From: Minisyncoccota bacterium
GTDB lineage: Bacteria > Patescibacteriota > Minisyncoccia > Phycocordibacterales > JABAAK01
DNA length: 64,000 nt
Assembly: GCA_958295675.1 (NCBI GenBank)
Contig: OY282360.1
Coordinates: 125,810-189,809, forward strand
Direction: 5' to 3'
The translations under genes and the position numbers were made by a program. This document shows, piece after piece, positions 9,676-19,353 of this stretch. Position 1 is the stretch's first letter. Every line of letters begins with the position of its first letter. The notes beneath the pieces were generated by a model. The model was not told the DNA's origin. It did not search any database and saw only the letters and a list, made by a program, of their open reading frames with translations.

Positions 9676-9707
9676 TAAAAAAATACACCACCTTCAAAAG
9701 GTGGTGT
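9676..9707 (-). terminator. intrinsic terminator (minus-strand sense) for small gene 9775..10032
   Basis: Perfect ACACCACC-TTCAAAA-GGTGGTGT hairpin followed on the minus strand by a T8 run. Paralogous to 9274-9308. Confidence 0.6.
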
Positions 9708-9774
9708 AATGGGTTTTCGGTGTAACCGGAGGGAGTGTCCTGACTTCTTCCAGTTACTGTGTGCAACAACAGCC

Positions 9775-10032
9775 TCAGGTGTCAAGCCACTCCAAATCAC
9801 GCTGCCGCCAGTATCTGTCAAGATACCCAACGAACGGAGTCCAGATACCGGCCCCAAGAATGATAAGAGCGGCACACAAGGCAATCGTCAGGTAGTTTTC
9901 GTGCGCTGAAACAATGGTGTGTTCAACACCAAAGATCAAAAACGTTCCAAGCATGGTCACAATCAACACGGCAAGGAATGCTGCGGCTCCTACCAAGACA
10001 CCGAGTGCGAACAGCGACATGAAATTTTTCAT
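9775..10032 (-). CDS. small hydrophobic protein (85 aa, 2 predicted TM helices), antisense-embedded in the spc operon
   Basis: ATG preceded by an AAGGAG RBS. It has its own promoter and terminator. Confidence 0.5.
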   Translation of the reverse strand: MKNFMSLFALGVLVGAAAFLAVLIVTMLGTFLIFGVEHTIVSAHENYLTIALCAALIILGAGIWTPFVGYLDRYWRQRDLEWLDT

Positions 10033-10093
10033 GTTTGGTTTCTCCTTTTCAGTGAGTTTTGCCTACTGAACCAGTTCCAGCAGGTCTATACAT

Positions 10094-10122
10094 ATAGTAC
10101 AAAAATAACTTTATTTTGTCAA
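10094..10122 (-). promoter_or_regulatory. sigma70 promoter on the minus strand (TTGACA-17-TACTAT)
   Basis: Shares the 25-nt block ttattttgtcaaatatagtatggtgg with the 9612-9639 copy. Confidence 0.55.
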
Positions 10123-10293
10123 ATATAGTATGGTGGGGTGAAACATCTCTCACACAGTTTTTTAAAATATGTTGCGTATTGCCAACTATGTGCTACCATA
10201 CGGATAACAGAGTAAATCCATAGAGTTTTCTTTGTGCGCGGTAAACACTGCGAGTAAAGACAATTGTATGCGGATATTGCCCTGTGTGAGTAT

Positions 10294-10563
10294 ATGGCAC
10301 GAAAAGCGCTTATAGCACGAAACGAAAAACGAATTCGATTGGCGATAAAATATGCAAAGAAACGAGCCGAATTGAAAGAGAAGGGTGATTGGGAAGGATT
10401 GCAAAAATTGCCGAGAAATGCATCTCCTGTTCGCATTCGCAATCGTTGTTTTATAACCGGTCGTCCGCGCGGGTACCTCCGTGCTTTCAATATGTCCCGC
10501 ATTTCTCTGCGTGAGCAGGCGGTAAAGGGATATATCCCGGGATTACGAAAGTCATCATGGTAA
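10294..10563 (+). CDS. rpsN: 30S ribosomal protein S14
   Basis: [13 protein letters not shown]...[13 protein letters not shown] signature. ATG at 10294. Confidence 0.9.
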   Translation: MARKALIARNEKRIRLAIKYAKKRAELKEKGDWEGLQKLPRNASPVRIRNRCFITGRPRGYLRAFNMSRISLREQAVKGYIPGLRKSSW

Positions 10564-10952
10564 CAGACACAATCGCAGATTTTATTATTCGCATTAAGAA
10601 CGCGGGCGCGGTCCGTAAGGAGCGCATTGAGATGCCGTACTCAAACATGCGCAATGGTATCGCTCAGAAACTGCGTGTTAGGAAGTACATTGATAATGTG
10701 GATACGGTCGGTCACGGCACAAAAAAGCGACTGGTAATTACGCTTGCGTATGACAAGGACGGCAGACATCGGGTTCAGGGTGTGAAACGGATATCAAAGC
10801 CGGGCTGTCGTGTATACATGGGGGTTCGGGATATTTATCCGGTAAAAAATAACCACGGCATCATGTTGTTCTCCACACCGAAAGGAATATTAACCGACGA
10901 CGAAGCGCGAAAGGAACATGTCGGCGGCGAGACACTTTTTTCAATTTGGTAG
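10557..10952 (+). CDS. rpsH: 30S ribosomal protein S8
   Basis: [16 protein letters not shown] signature. Confidence 0.95.
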   Translation: MVTDTIADFIIRIKNAGAVRKERIEMPYSNMRNGIAQKLRVRKYIDNVDTVGHGTKKRLVITLAYDKDGRHRVQGVKRISKPGCRVYMGVRDIYPVKNNHGIMLFSTPKGILTDDEARKEHVGGETLFSIW

Positions 10953-10953
10953 T

Positions 10954-11487
10954 ATGTCAAGAATAGGAAAACAATCAATCACTGTGCCGAACGGCGTGCA
11001 AGTATCATGTGATGCCGGCATGCTGACAGTAAAAGGTCCGAAAGGAGAGCTGTCGCGGCGTGTGCGTGATGAAGTAGAACTGACTATTGCAGACGGCGCA
11101 GTGTCGGTGAAACCGGTGGCAAAAACCCGACTCGCGCTTGCACTGTGGGGCACCTACGCATCACACACGAAAAACATGATCAACGGTGTCGTTAATGGTT
11201 ATAAAAAAGAACTTGAGGTGCAGGGTGTCGGCTATCGTGCGGAAATGAAAGGAGCGCAATTGGAACTACGGGTTGGGTTTTCGCATTCGGTGTTAGTAGA
11301 TATTCCGGCAGGATTGCAAGTAAGCGTGAAAGACGCTGTCATCACCATTGAAGGTTTTGATAAAGAGTTGGTCGGTGAATTTGCCGCACAGGTTCGTCGG
11401 GTACGCAAACCGGAACCGTATAAAGGAAAAGGAATCCGATATGTCGGCGAAATGGTTCGCCGCAAGCAGGGTAAGAAATCAGATTAA
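10954..11487 (+). CDS. rplF: 50S ribosomal protein L6
   Basis: [17 protein letters not shown]...[11 protein letters not shown] motif. ATG at 10954. Confidence 0.9.
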   Translation: MSRIGKQSITVPNGVQVSCDAGMLTVKGPKGELSRRVRDEVELTIADGAVSVKPVAKTRLALALWGTYASHTKNMINGVVNGYKKELEVQGVGYRAEMKGAQLELRVGFSHSVLVDIPAGLQVSVKDAVITIEGFDKELVGEFAAQVRRVRKPEPYKGKGIRYVGEMVRRKQGKKSD

Positions 11488-11498
11488 TATATGATACT

Positions 11499-11852
11499 AT
11501 GAAATATACGGCACAAAAAGTACTGGGCAGAAAAAGAAGGCATAGCAGGGTTCGCGCCGTGATACGCGGCACAGCGGATCGCCCTCGTCTCGCATTCTTC
11601 AGATCGAACAAAAATGTGTATGCACAGATTATTGATGATAATGCCGGAAAAACCCTTATCGGTGCTTCATCTTTGAAAGATACAACATCCGCAGGATCTG
11701 TTGCGCAGGCAGAAAAGATGGGTATTGATATCGCTGAGAGAGCGAAGAAGCAGGGCATAACAAGAGTGGTTTTTGATCGCGGTGGATTTATATACACAGG
11801 TTCAACAAAAGCATTTGCTGATGCCGCGCGTAACAGCGGATTACAATTTTAA
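11499..11852 (+). CDS. rplR: 50S ribosomal protein L18
   Basis: [20 protein letters not shown]...[12 protein letters not shown] motif. Confidence 0.9.
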   Translation: MKYTAQKVLGRKRRHSRVRAVIRGTADRPRLAFFRSNKNVYAQIIDDNAGKTLIGASSLKDTTSAGSVAQAEKMGIDIAERAKKQGITRVVFDRGGFIYTGSTKAFADAARNSGLQF

Positions 11853-11854
11853 TT

Positions 11855-12526
11855 ATGGCTACAGAAGAAAACACAGAGCAAAAAGAGAAAAAAGAGGTGA
11901 CTGCAGAAAATAATACGGTTAAAACGAATCAAACGGTTGACGGCAACAATCGCCCTGAAAAACAGCACAGTACCGCTGAAACAGATAATAGTGGTGAAAA
12001 ACAAAAATTTTCTAAAGAAAAATCCGATGCAAAAAGCAGCAGAGGTCGGAGGCACTCCTCAGCATTCAACCGTTCTTCAAGGCGCGGTAAAAAACAGCCA
12101 AAGTCAGAATTTGAATCACGAGTATTGTCCGCGCGTCGCGTATCCAGAGTGGTCGCCGGTGGTCGCCGTTTTAGTTTGAGCGTCGCGGTCGCAGTCGGTA
12201 ACGGCAAGGGGCAGGTAGGTATAGGTATAAGTAAAGGGCAGGATATGGCAATGGCAACAGAAAAAGCGCGTCACCAAGCACAGAAAAATCTGACACGCGT
12301 GCAACTGACTGACAATAACAGCATCTCAAGTGAATCAACAGGAAAATATTGCGCATCCGTAGTGCAAGTACGACCTTCAAACGGGTTCATTGCAGGCGGT
12401 GCGGTGCGAACTATTGCCGAACTTGCCGGTATACAACGGATTAACGCAAAAATTTTGTCACGCAGCAAAAGTCATCTGAATAATGCGCGCGCCGCGCTGC
12501 GGGCACTACAGTCAGTGAAAGGATAA
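11855..12526 (+). CDS. rpsE: 30S ribosomal protein S5 with ~80-aa K/E-rich N-terminal extension
   Basis: VSRVVAGGRRFSLSVAVAVGNGKGQVGIGISKG core. Confidence 0.9.
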   Translation: MATEENTEQKEKKEVTAENNTVKTNQTVDGNNRPEKQHSTAETDNSGEKQKFSKEKSDAKSSRGRRHSSAFNRSSRRGKKQPKSEFESRVLSARRVSRVVAGGRRFSLSVAVAVGNGKGQVGIGISKGQDMAMATEKARHQAQKNLTRVQLTDNNSISSESTGKYCASVVQVRPSNGFIAGGAVRTIAELAGIQRINAKILSRSKSHLNNARAALRALQSVKG

Positions 12527-12529
12527 TCT

Positions 12530-12970
12530 ATGTTACACACACTTAAGAGCACAACAAGAAAACAAAAAAAAAGAGTCGGTCGCGGCGGCGCGCGCGGTAA
12601 GAATGCGGGTCGTGGGCATAAGGGGCAGAAATCGCGCGCTGGGCATAGAATTCGCCCCGCAATTCGTGATGAACTGCAGCGAATTCCGAAACGTCGCGGG
12701 TATAATAAAAACCGAGCACGGGGTGTGCGTAATAAAGACCCGGTACGGAGTGTGACCCTTGCGCTGCTTGAGAGGAATTTTAAAAAGAACGAAAAAATCA
12801 CACCGGGCGTGCTGGTAACAAGACATATGATTGCACCGGTAAAAGGTCGCGCTCCTAATGTAAAAATTGTTGCGCGCGGCAGCATCACCACACCGCTGAC
12901 AATTCAAAAATGTCTGTTGTCAGCGGATGCCCGGAAAAAGGTGGAAGCAGCGGGCGGTACAGTACAATAA
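12530..12970 (+). CDS. rplO: 50S ribosomal protein L15 (directly after rpsE; no rpmD between them)
   Basis: RVGRGGARGKNAGRGHKGQKSR motif. Confidence 0.9.
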   Translation: MLHTLKSTTRKQKKRVGRGGARGKNAGRGHKGQKSRAGHRIRPAIRDELQRIPKRRGYNKNRARGVRNKDPVRSVTLALLERNFKKNEKITPGVLVTRHMIAPVKGRAPNVKIVARGSITTPLTIQKCLLSADARKKVEAAGGTVQ

Positions 12971-12975
12971 AAGAT

Positions 12976-14253
12976 ATGACCTTTACAGCACTCAAATTAT
13001 TTTTCACTGATATGTTTCTCGTGAAGAAATTTATCGCTGTTGCGATAGGTTTGGTTCTCTTTCGCGTGTTAGCATCTGTGCCGGTACCCCAGATTGATGC
13101 GGCAACACTGGGCGCATTGCTGTATCAGAATCAGCTGCTGGGTGTGTTCAACATTTTCTCCGGCGGCGGATTGTCAAATTTTTCTATCGCTATGCTCGGT
13201 GTATTTCCGTACATCACGGTTGCCATTATAGTGCAGTTGCTGACGGTTGTATCACCCCGTATTCATTCTATGTACCACGAAGAAGGAGAAATCGGGCGAA
13301 AAAAGATAGGGCAGTGGACGCGTGTGGCAACGGTGCCGGTGGCGATTATAAACGCAATCGGTATCCTTGCGTACTTTCAATCGCAGCAGGTTATACCACA
13401 GTTGCCTGTTCCTGATTTCACCATGAGCGTGTTGTTCATTGTCGCCGGTTCAATGCTCACGATGTGGGTTGGTGAACTCATAACTGAATTCGGTATCGGT
13501 AATGGTATCTCATTCATCGTATTTGCAGGTATCGTGGTGAATATTCCGACATTAATGACACAGGCGGTTGCCACATTCTCACCGGCACTGGCTCCCATGT
13601 ATATTATTGCCGGTATCGGCATCATCGTCGGTGTGATGCTTGCGGTATGGATGAACGAGGCTGATCGTCCGGTTCCGATTACTTATGCGAGATATGGTAT
13701 CGGACACGGTTCCGGTGACCGGCGTGTGGAGACATACATTCCGGTCAAAGTGAACCCTGTCGGTGTGTTATCAATCATTTTTGCACTTGTGGTCACTGCA
13801 TTTTTCCAATATCTCTTCAAATTTATGGGTGATAGTGCTACCGCCGCTATCAGTACGATCGGTACATGGGCAACGGAAGTGCTTGCAAATGGGTATTATT
13901 ACGCCATTCCGGTCGCTCTTCTTACATTTTTCTTCACATATTTTCATGCACCGATTGTCTTTAATGTAAAAAAGATTGCGGATAATATACAGCAGCAAGG
14001 TGCTTTTATTCCCGGCGTCCGTCCCGGTGAGGACACAGTTGAGTACTTCAGCAAAGTTCTGAAAAGGGTTGTCTGCTATGCCGCTGTCTTTTTGACAGCA
14101 ATCGCCGCAGTACCGTTTCTTGTGACCGGATCTTCCGCTGGTACATTTTTGTTCGCTGTTGGCGGCACGGGCGCACTCATTATTGTTTCCGTTATTTTAG
14201 ATGTGTACCGAAAAACAGGCGCGCGGATAAATGACCTAAAAGCGTTGCTGTAA
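12976..14253 (+). CDS. secY: preprotein translocase subunit SecY
   Basis: 10 TM helices with SecY order and motifs (VPVPQID..., FNIFSGG, GIGNGISFI). ATG at 12976. Confidence 0.9.
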   Translation: MTFTALKLFFTDMFLVKKFIAVAIGLVLFRVLASVPVPQIDAATLGALLYQNQLLGVFNIFSGGGLSNFSIAMLGVFPYITVAIIVQLLTVVSPRIHSMYHEEGEIGRKKIGQWTRVATVPVAIINAIGILAYFQSQQVIPQLPVPDFTMSVLFIVAGSMLTMWVGELITEFGIGNGISFIVFAGIVVNIPTLMTQAVATFSPALAPMYIIAGIGIIVGVMLAVWMNEADRPVPITYARYGIGHGSGDRRVETYIPVKVNPVGVLSIIFALVVTAFFQYLFKFMGDSATAAISTIGTWATEVLANGYYYAIPVALLTFFFTYFHAPIVFNVKKIADNIQQQGAFIPGVRPGEDTVEYFSKVLKRVVCYAAVFLTAIAAVPFLVTGSSAGTFLFAVGGTGALIIVSVILDVYRKTGARINDLKALL

Positions 14254-14280
14254 ACGGGAATATGCTACACTAACAGATAT

Positions 14281-14871
14281 ATGCACGCATACATTTTTTT
14301 CGGTATTGCGGGTTCAGGGAAAGGAACACAACGGAAGATGCTTGAAGCGCGTTTGAGAGAGGAGGGAAAAACAGTGTTATGTTTGGAGGTGGGGCAGGCA
14401 CTCCGTGAATACACGGCAGATACGGCATCACCCGCAAAAGAGCATCTGGCCAATATTATGAAAACAGGTGAATTAGTACCGTCGGCATTTCCTATTGCTG
14501 TCGTGCTGAATAGAATAATGGAGCAGCAAACACAGCATGATTGTCTTGTGTTTGACGGTTTGGGGCGAAGGCGCATAGAAGCAGAAATTTTTATTGATTT
14601 AATGGCATTTTTTCCGAAGGTAGAGGTGCATGTCATTCTTTTGGATATCTCTGAAAGCGAAGCGATGCAAAGATTGCGCAAGCGGGGGCGATATGATGAT
14701 ACTGAAGATGCCATAAAAACACGGTTCGCGCTTTTCAATGATACGGAGACCGGCACGACGGCAGCACTTAATTTTCTGCGCAACCGTTCCGATGTTGCAT
14801 TCCATACAATAGACGGATTAGGTACATCAGAAGAGATATTTCAGCAAATCGTATCTGAACTTGATGTATGA
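14281..14871 (+). CDS. adk: adenylate kinase-like P-loop kinase
   Basis: GIAGSGKGTQ P-loop. Length and position after secY fit adk. Confidence 0.75.
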   Translation: MHAYIFFGIAGSGKGTQRKMLEARLREEGKTVLCLEVGQALREYTADTASPAKEHLANIMKTGELVPSAFPIAVVLNRIMEQQTQHDCLVFDGLGRRRIEAEIFIDLMAFFPKVEVHVILLDISESEAMQRLRKRGRYDDTEDAIKTRFALFNDTETGTTAALNFLRNRSDVAFHTIDGLGTSEEIFQQIVSELDV

Positions 14872-15641
14872 TTATTACCGATAAAACACAGAAAGAAAGA
14901 CTTGTTGAAGCGGGAAAACGCCTGCGCACTGTTCTTGATGCGGTCAGGAAACATATTAAACCGAATGTTGTTACCACGGAATTAGATGCGTTAGCATATA
15001 CCATGATTACTGAAAAAGGTGATAAACCGGCGTTTCTGAATTATAAGCCGACAGGTATGCCGATTGCATTCCCGGCAACATTATGTGTTTCTTTAAATCA
15101 CGAAATGGTGCATGGCATACCGAATCAGGAGAAAATCATACAAAACGGCGACATCATTTCAATTGACTGCGGATTGGAGTATGAGGGTGTTTTTGTTGAC
15201 GCAGCGTTTACAATAGTTGTCGGTGACAGCGATGCTGCCGCTCAAGCGTTAATTGAGGCGACACGCAAAGCGTTACAGTATGCCATCATTACGGCGCGTG
15301 CGGGCGCAACTACGGGTGATGTCGGTAATGCTGTTGAAACAGTCGCGAAAGAGCATGGTTATACTGTGCCGCCGGAACTCGGCGGACATGGTGTTGGTGC
15401 CGCTCAGCACGAAGATCCGTTCATTCCGAATATTGGAGATGCCGGTCAGGGAGAAATATTACGCGATGGTGAAGTAATTGCCATTGAACCGATTTTTTCA
15501 GAGGGCAGTGACCCGCGAATCACTCATGGAGAAGACGGATTTGCATACTGCGCTATGGATGGAAGCCGATCCGCTCATTTTGAGCATACATTGTTAGTAA
15601 CAAAAGATGCTCCGATTATTATTACCGGACCGATGTGGTAA
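14868..15641 (+). CDS. map: type I methionine aminopeptidase
   Basis: Pita-bread fold metal-ligand pattern and the conserved post-adk position. Confidence 0.85.
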   Translation: MIITDKTQKERLVEAGKRLRTVLDAVRKHIKPNVVTTELDALAYTMITEKGDKPAFLNYKPTGMPIAFPATLCVSLNHEMVHGIPNQEKIIQNGDIISIDCGLEYEGVFVDAAFTIVVGDSDAAAQALIEATRKALQYAIITARAGATTGDVGNAVETVAKEHGYTVPPELGGHGVGAAQHEDPFIPNIGDAGQGEILRDGEVIAIEPIFSEGSDPRITHGEDGFAYCAMDGSRSAHFEHTLLVTKDAPIIITGPMW

Positions 15642-15651
15642 TATACAATCT

Positions 15652-16254
15652 ATGAATACACACATTGAAAGAACACTGGTCGTTATTAAACCGGATGGTG
15701 TGCAGCGTACATTGGTCGGTGAAATTATTAAGCGGCTTGAACGGGTCGGACTGAAATTGGTCGGCATGAAGATGGTAACCGCTGATACCGACATAATAAA
15801 GCAGCATTATTCATCTGATCCGAGATGGAAACAGAATGTCGGTGAAAAATTACTGGAAAATAAAAAAAAGAACGGTGAAGATATCAGTTCAATAACCGCA
15901 TCAGAATTAGGTGAAAAAGTGCTCAGTCAGTTGGTGCGATTTATGACCGCCGGTCCGGTCGTGGTAATAGCACTTGAGGGCGCGCATGCAATACCGCTTA
16001 CGCGAAAATTAGTCGGTGCCACGGAACCGCTTTCTTCGGATGTCGGTACAATCAGAGGTGATTTTGTGCTTGACTCATATAGTATGGCGGACAGCACTGA
16101 CAGAGCGGTCCGCAATGTCATCCATGCCTCATCAGACAACAGTGATGCCGAAAAAGAGATTGCTTTATGGTTCAAGTCAGAGGAATTGATGAACTATCGC
16201 ACTGTACACGAACATACGCTGTACGATGTGAATTTTGACAATGTTACTGAGTAA
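15652..16254 (+). CDS. ndk: nucleoside diphosphate kinase (with an internal insertion)
   Basis: ERTLVVIKPDGVQR...GTIRGDF...NVIHASSD motifs. ATG at 15652. Confidence 0.8.
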   Translation: MNTHIERTLVVIKPDGVQRTLVGEIIKRLERVGLKLVGMKMVTADTDIIKQHYSSDPRWKQNVGEKLLENKKKNGEDISSITASELGEKVLSQLVRFMTAGPVVVIALEGAHAIPLTRKLVGATEPLSSDVGTIRGDFVLDSYSMADSTDRAVRNVIHASSDNSDAEKEIALWFKSEELMNYRTVHEHTLYDVNFDNVTE

Positions 16255-16639
16255 TAACACATATACCCGCCATATGCAGGCACTCTTGTTGCTTCTTTTC
16301 ACATCATCCCTGACACTTATCCTGCATTCTCTCGGACTTGCCGCGTATTTATATTGGAAATTTTGGTGGTTTGATATTGTAACTCATGCGTTAGGCGGTT
16401 TTTCACTCGGATTACTCATTGCTTTCCTTGTGCCAAAAAAACATATTTTCCTGATATATGGCGCGCTGATTCTCTGCATTATCGGATGGGAGATATTTGA
16501 AATTGTTTTTGTGGGAATTGAGACAGGGAACATGTCGTATGTTATTGACATCATTTCTGATTTGGCTATCGGTTTTGCAGCCGCTCACGGTGCAATATGG
16601 ATATATCACACAAACACCACCGAACGAAAACACAGATAA
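16235..16639 (+). CDS. hypothetical small membrane protein (3-4 predicted TM helices)
   Basis: Hydrophobicity pattern only. Confidence 0.4.
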   Translation: MTMLLSNNTYTRHMQALLLLLFTSSLTLILHSLGLAAYLYWKFWWFDIVTHALGGFSLGLLIAFLVPKKHIFLIYGALILCIIGWEIFEIVFVGIETGNMSYVIDIISDLAIGFAAAHGAIWIYHTNTTERKHR

Positions 16640-16641
16640 TA

Positions 16642-16989
16642 TTATTGTTTGTGCGATTCAGCAATACGGTTGAATATGTCCGGATACTTTTGTGCTATTT
16701 CCGAAAGCACTTTCCTATCCAAGTCAATTTTTTCCCGCTTTAATGTATGTATAAAAGCACTGTATGACATATTATGCTGACGCAATGCGGCATTAATTCG
16801 GATATTCCAAAGACGCCTAAAATCCCCTTTCTTTTTCCTCCGGTGCGCGAACGCATGATTGCCCGCATGAAGCAGTGCTTCACGAGCTTGTCGCTCTTTT
16901 GTTGACCGCCCCCAACGATACCCTTTTGTTTTTTTCAATAGGGATCGGCGTTTTTTTAGTGAAAGTGTTCCTCGTTTGATTCGTACCAT
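16642..16989 (-). CDS. rplT: 50S ribosomal protein L20
   Basis: MVRIKRGTLSLKKRR...RRKKKGDFRRLWNIRINAA motif. Confidence 0.9.
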   Translation of the reverse strand: MVRIKRGTLSLKKRRSLLKKTKGYRWGRSTKERQAREALLHAGNHAFAHRRKKKGDFRRLWNIRINAALRQHNMSYSAFIHTLKREKIDLDRKVLSEIAQKYPDIFNRIAESHKQ

Positions 16990-16998
16990 ATGCAAAAG

Positions 16999-17187
16999 TT
17001 ATGAAAGCAAAAGTCGTTGTTTTGCTTTTGTGGGCAAAACAGCATGTCGCTGCCGTTTTTGCCGTAATTTCTTTGAACGGGAATGCTTCGCATTGAAATG
17101 TCCGCGTCCTTTTCCGGACACGAGGATGGCGCCGTGCTTGGTTTTGCGAACACGAGAAATAGCGGATTTATTTGTTTTGGTAGTCAT
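16999..17187 (-). CDS. rpmI: 50S ribosomal protein L35
   Basis: K/R-rich 62-aa protein between infC and rplT. Start trimmed to MTTKTNK. Confidence 0.75.
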   Translation of the reverse strand: MTTKTNKSAISRVRKTKHGAILVSGKGRGHFNAKHSRSKKLRQKRQRHAVLPTKAKQRLLLS

Positions 17188-17266
17188 AAAAGTACCGAAA
17201 AAATGTATAAAGAAGTATACCACAGGACAATAAGCGGCACAAACAATGCTTTTATATACCCTGAGA

Positions 17267-17827
17267 TCATTTCTTATTTTTTCCCTGAAGAACTACGGAA
17301 AAACCTTTCGGGCTCTTGCGAACACTCTCCGCTGTATATACCTCTCCGGGGATTGTTTGTATAAACGAAAGGAGTCGTTCTTTTAAAAACTCACCATTCA
17401 TACTCTTATACCGCCCGAAAAGAAAGAGATCAACCTGCACCTTGTTGCCGTTATCAAGCCATTCACGGATTTTTTTTGCGCGAAGCTGCATGGTGTCTTC
17501 ACCGGTACCCGGCTTTATCTGAGTGTGTTTTACTTCGTCTTGCTTCTTTTTCCCTTTTTCTTTATCTTGCTCTATCCACTTCTTCTTCAGTTTGTTCTGT
17601 TCATATTGGTATTTTCCATGATCAGCGATTCGGGCAACTGGCGGTTTCGCTTTCGCTGTGACCTCAATCAAATCCAAATCAGCTTGTTTCGCCCGCTCAA
17701 GCGCTTTCTTGATAGGTACAATACCGACACTCTTCCCGTCTGCATCAATAAGACGCACCTCCGGCGAGCGAATGGATTCATTGATACGCGCTTTGGGCTG
17801 CGCTAATTTTCTTGGTCCTCTTCGAAT
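17267..17827 (-). CDS. infC: translation initiation factor IF-3, probable non-AUG (AUU) start
   Basis: VRLIDADGKSVGIVPIKKALERAKQADLDLIEV motif. The ORF is open to 17974 but the upstream 49 codons are Cys-rich and non-IF3-like. An in-frame ATT at 17827 is preceded by TATAAT. Confidence 0.75.
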   Translation of the reverse strand: MRRGPRKLAQPKARINESIRSPEVRLIDADGKSVGIVPIKKALERAKQADLDLIEVTAKAKPPVARIADHGKYQYEQNKLKKKWIEQDKEKGKKKQDEVKHTQIKPGTGEDTMQLRAKKIREWLDNGNKVQVDLFLFGRYKSMNGEFLKERLLSFIQTIPGEVYTAESVRKSPKGFSVVLQGKNKK

Positions 17828-17890
17828 ATAATTACATATTATACAGTTTTTTCGTAAATGACAACCGAGAGATGATATAATGCAAAATAC

Positions 17891-18604
17891 ATGGAAAGAA
17901 TATTCACAAGAAGAAAAATTGTAGTTATTACCGCGGTACTCATACTCCTTTCTACACTGGTGTATGTGGAGCACCCATCCGTCCTTGCATTGAAAACAAT
18001 CGCTTCATCGATTGGTTTTATTGATTCAGAGCGGAATGTGGTCGGCATTACCGATGTGCGGTCCATTGATCACACCCAGGGCAGTCATGATGCGAATGTG
18101 CTGCTCATTGAATATTCAGATTTCAGCTGTGTTATGTGCGCGATGATGCAGGACAATCTTAAGCGTATTGCCGAAGAGGAGCGGGTATTACTTGTCTCCC
18201 GGCATCTTTACCCCGAAACATCGGGTACATCCTTTGAAAAAGCAGTCGCGGCTGAGTGTGTGGCAAAGCATGCCGGAGAAGAGGCATATTTCTCATTTGT
18301 ACAATATCTCTATAAGAATCAATACATCCCAGATGACAGCAAGTTAACCATGCTGCAAAAGGCGATTTCTCTCGGTACCGATATTCAGGAATTTGAAAGG
18401 TGTATTGCGAGTGATGACCGAATTCGTGCAAGGATACAAAACGACAGCGAAGAGGGGTGGCACCTTGGTGCCCGTGGCACACCATATATTGTGGTAGTGT
18501 ACAAAGGCAGGCCGATCGGTATCTCCTACGCGAATGAATATGAAAAGTTTTTACATCGTGTTCGTTCCTTGGTTGCCAATGCGCAAGAAAATAGCCGAAC
18601 ATAG
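17891..18604 (+). CDS. DsbA-like thioredoxin-fold protein, N-terminal TM anchor, CVMC active site
   Basis: CxxC motif within a thioredoxin-like context (LLIEYSDFSCVMC). Confidence 0.65.
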   Translation: MERIFTRRKIVVITAVLILLSTLVYVEHPSVLALKTIASSIGFIDSERNVVGITDVRSIDHTQGSHDANVLLIEYSDFSCVMCAMMQDNLKRIAEEERVLLVSRHLYPETSGTSFEKAVAAECVAKHAGEEAYFSFVQYLYKNQYIPDDSKLTMLQKAISLGTDIQEFERCIASDDRIRARIQNDSEEGWHLGARGTPYIVVVYKGRPIGISYANEYEKFLHRVRSLVANAQENSRT

Positions 18605-18727
18605 TCATTGACATATCTATTAATTTATTTGTATATATTTGACTTAAAGTTAAACTATTCTATAACAATACTCTATTGAAAATTAAAGAGGATATGATAC
18701 TATATAATTGGTTTTACTCAAGGAGAA

Positions 18728-19204
18728 TTGGTCGTGCTGAAAAATCAATCTGTGTCTTTCAAAAACCTCACACTCACTTTGATAGGGTGTGTACTTGCCA
18801 TCGGGATTGCCGGATGTGCGTCATCCGGGAAAAAAGGATTTGAAACGAGCTTTGGGTGGCGTGACGGGGAACTGGTGACACACGCTGTCGGGCGGGTGTT
18901 CAATGAGCAAATCAGGCATTCCGTCAACGGAAGTAATGCACCATTGCTGAGTACCGCGTCGCGCGATGTTTTCGGTATGTCAGCGGAGCGTGCTTTGGAC
19001 TTCCCAGGACAAACAAACTACTGGAACAACTACGGCGACAACGACACACATGGTTTTGTCACTGCAGTTCGAGAAGTGAAAGCAGGAAAAAAAACATGTT
19101 GGGAATTCAACGCCGTTGTCAGAACTGCTGGTTATCAGGGAGAAATAAACGGCATTGCATGCAAGAAGGGTGAGAATGATCCGTGGTTAACCAAAAGACC
19201 GTGA
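18728..19204 (+). CDS. putative lipoprotein (lipobox IAGC)
   Basis: Signal peptide plus lipobox. No other homology recognised. Confidence 0.45.
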   Translation: MVVLKNQSVSFKNLTLTLIGCVLAIGIAGCASSGKKGFETSFGWRDGELVTHAVGRVFNEQIRHSVNGSNAPLLSTASRDVFGMSAERALDFPGQTNYWNNYGDNDTHGFVTAVREVKAGKKTCWEFNAVVRTAGYQGEINGIACKKGENDPWLTKRP

Positions 19205-19226
19205 TCACACTCGTCTCATCTCATAA

Positions 19227-19255
19227 CCCCCCGCTTTTTGCGGGGGTTATTTTTA
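19227..19255 (+). terminator. rho-independent terminator
   Basis: CCCCCCGC-TTTTT-GCGGGGG hairpin followed by TTATTTTT. Confidence 0.7.
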
Positions 19256-19353
19256 GATATCAACAGTATCAGAAAACAGCGGAAATAGTAAAACATGTTT
19301 CATGCTATACTTACACTATAGATTAAAAATCGTAAAGAGAGAACACAGAATGT

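Noticed and set aside
17828-17974. Extended infC N-terminus from the ORF-track start
   Set aside because: The Cys-rich sequence is unlike IF3 and overlaps the divergent gene region. A shorter AUU-start form is preferred.
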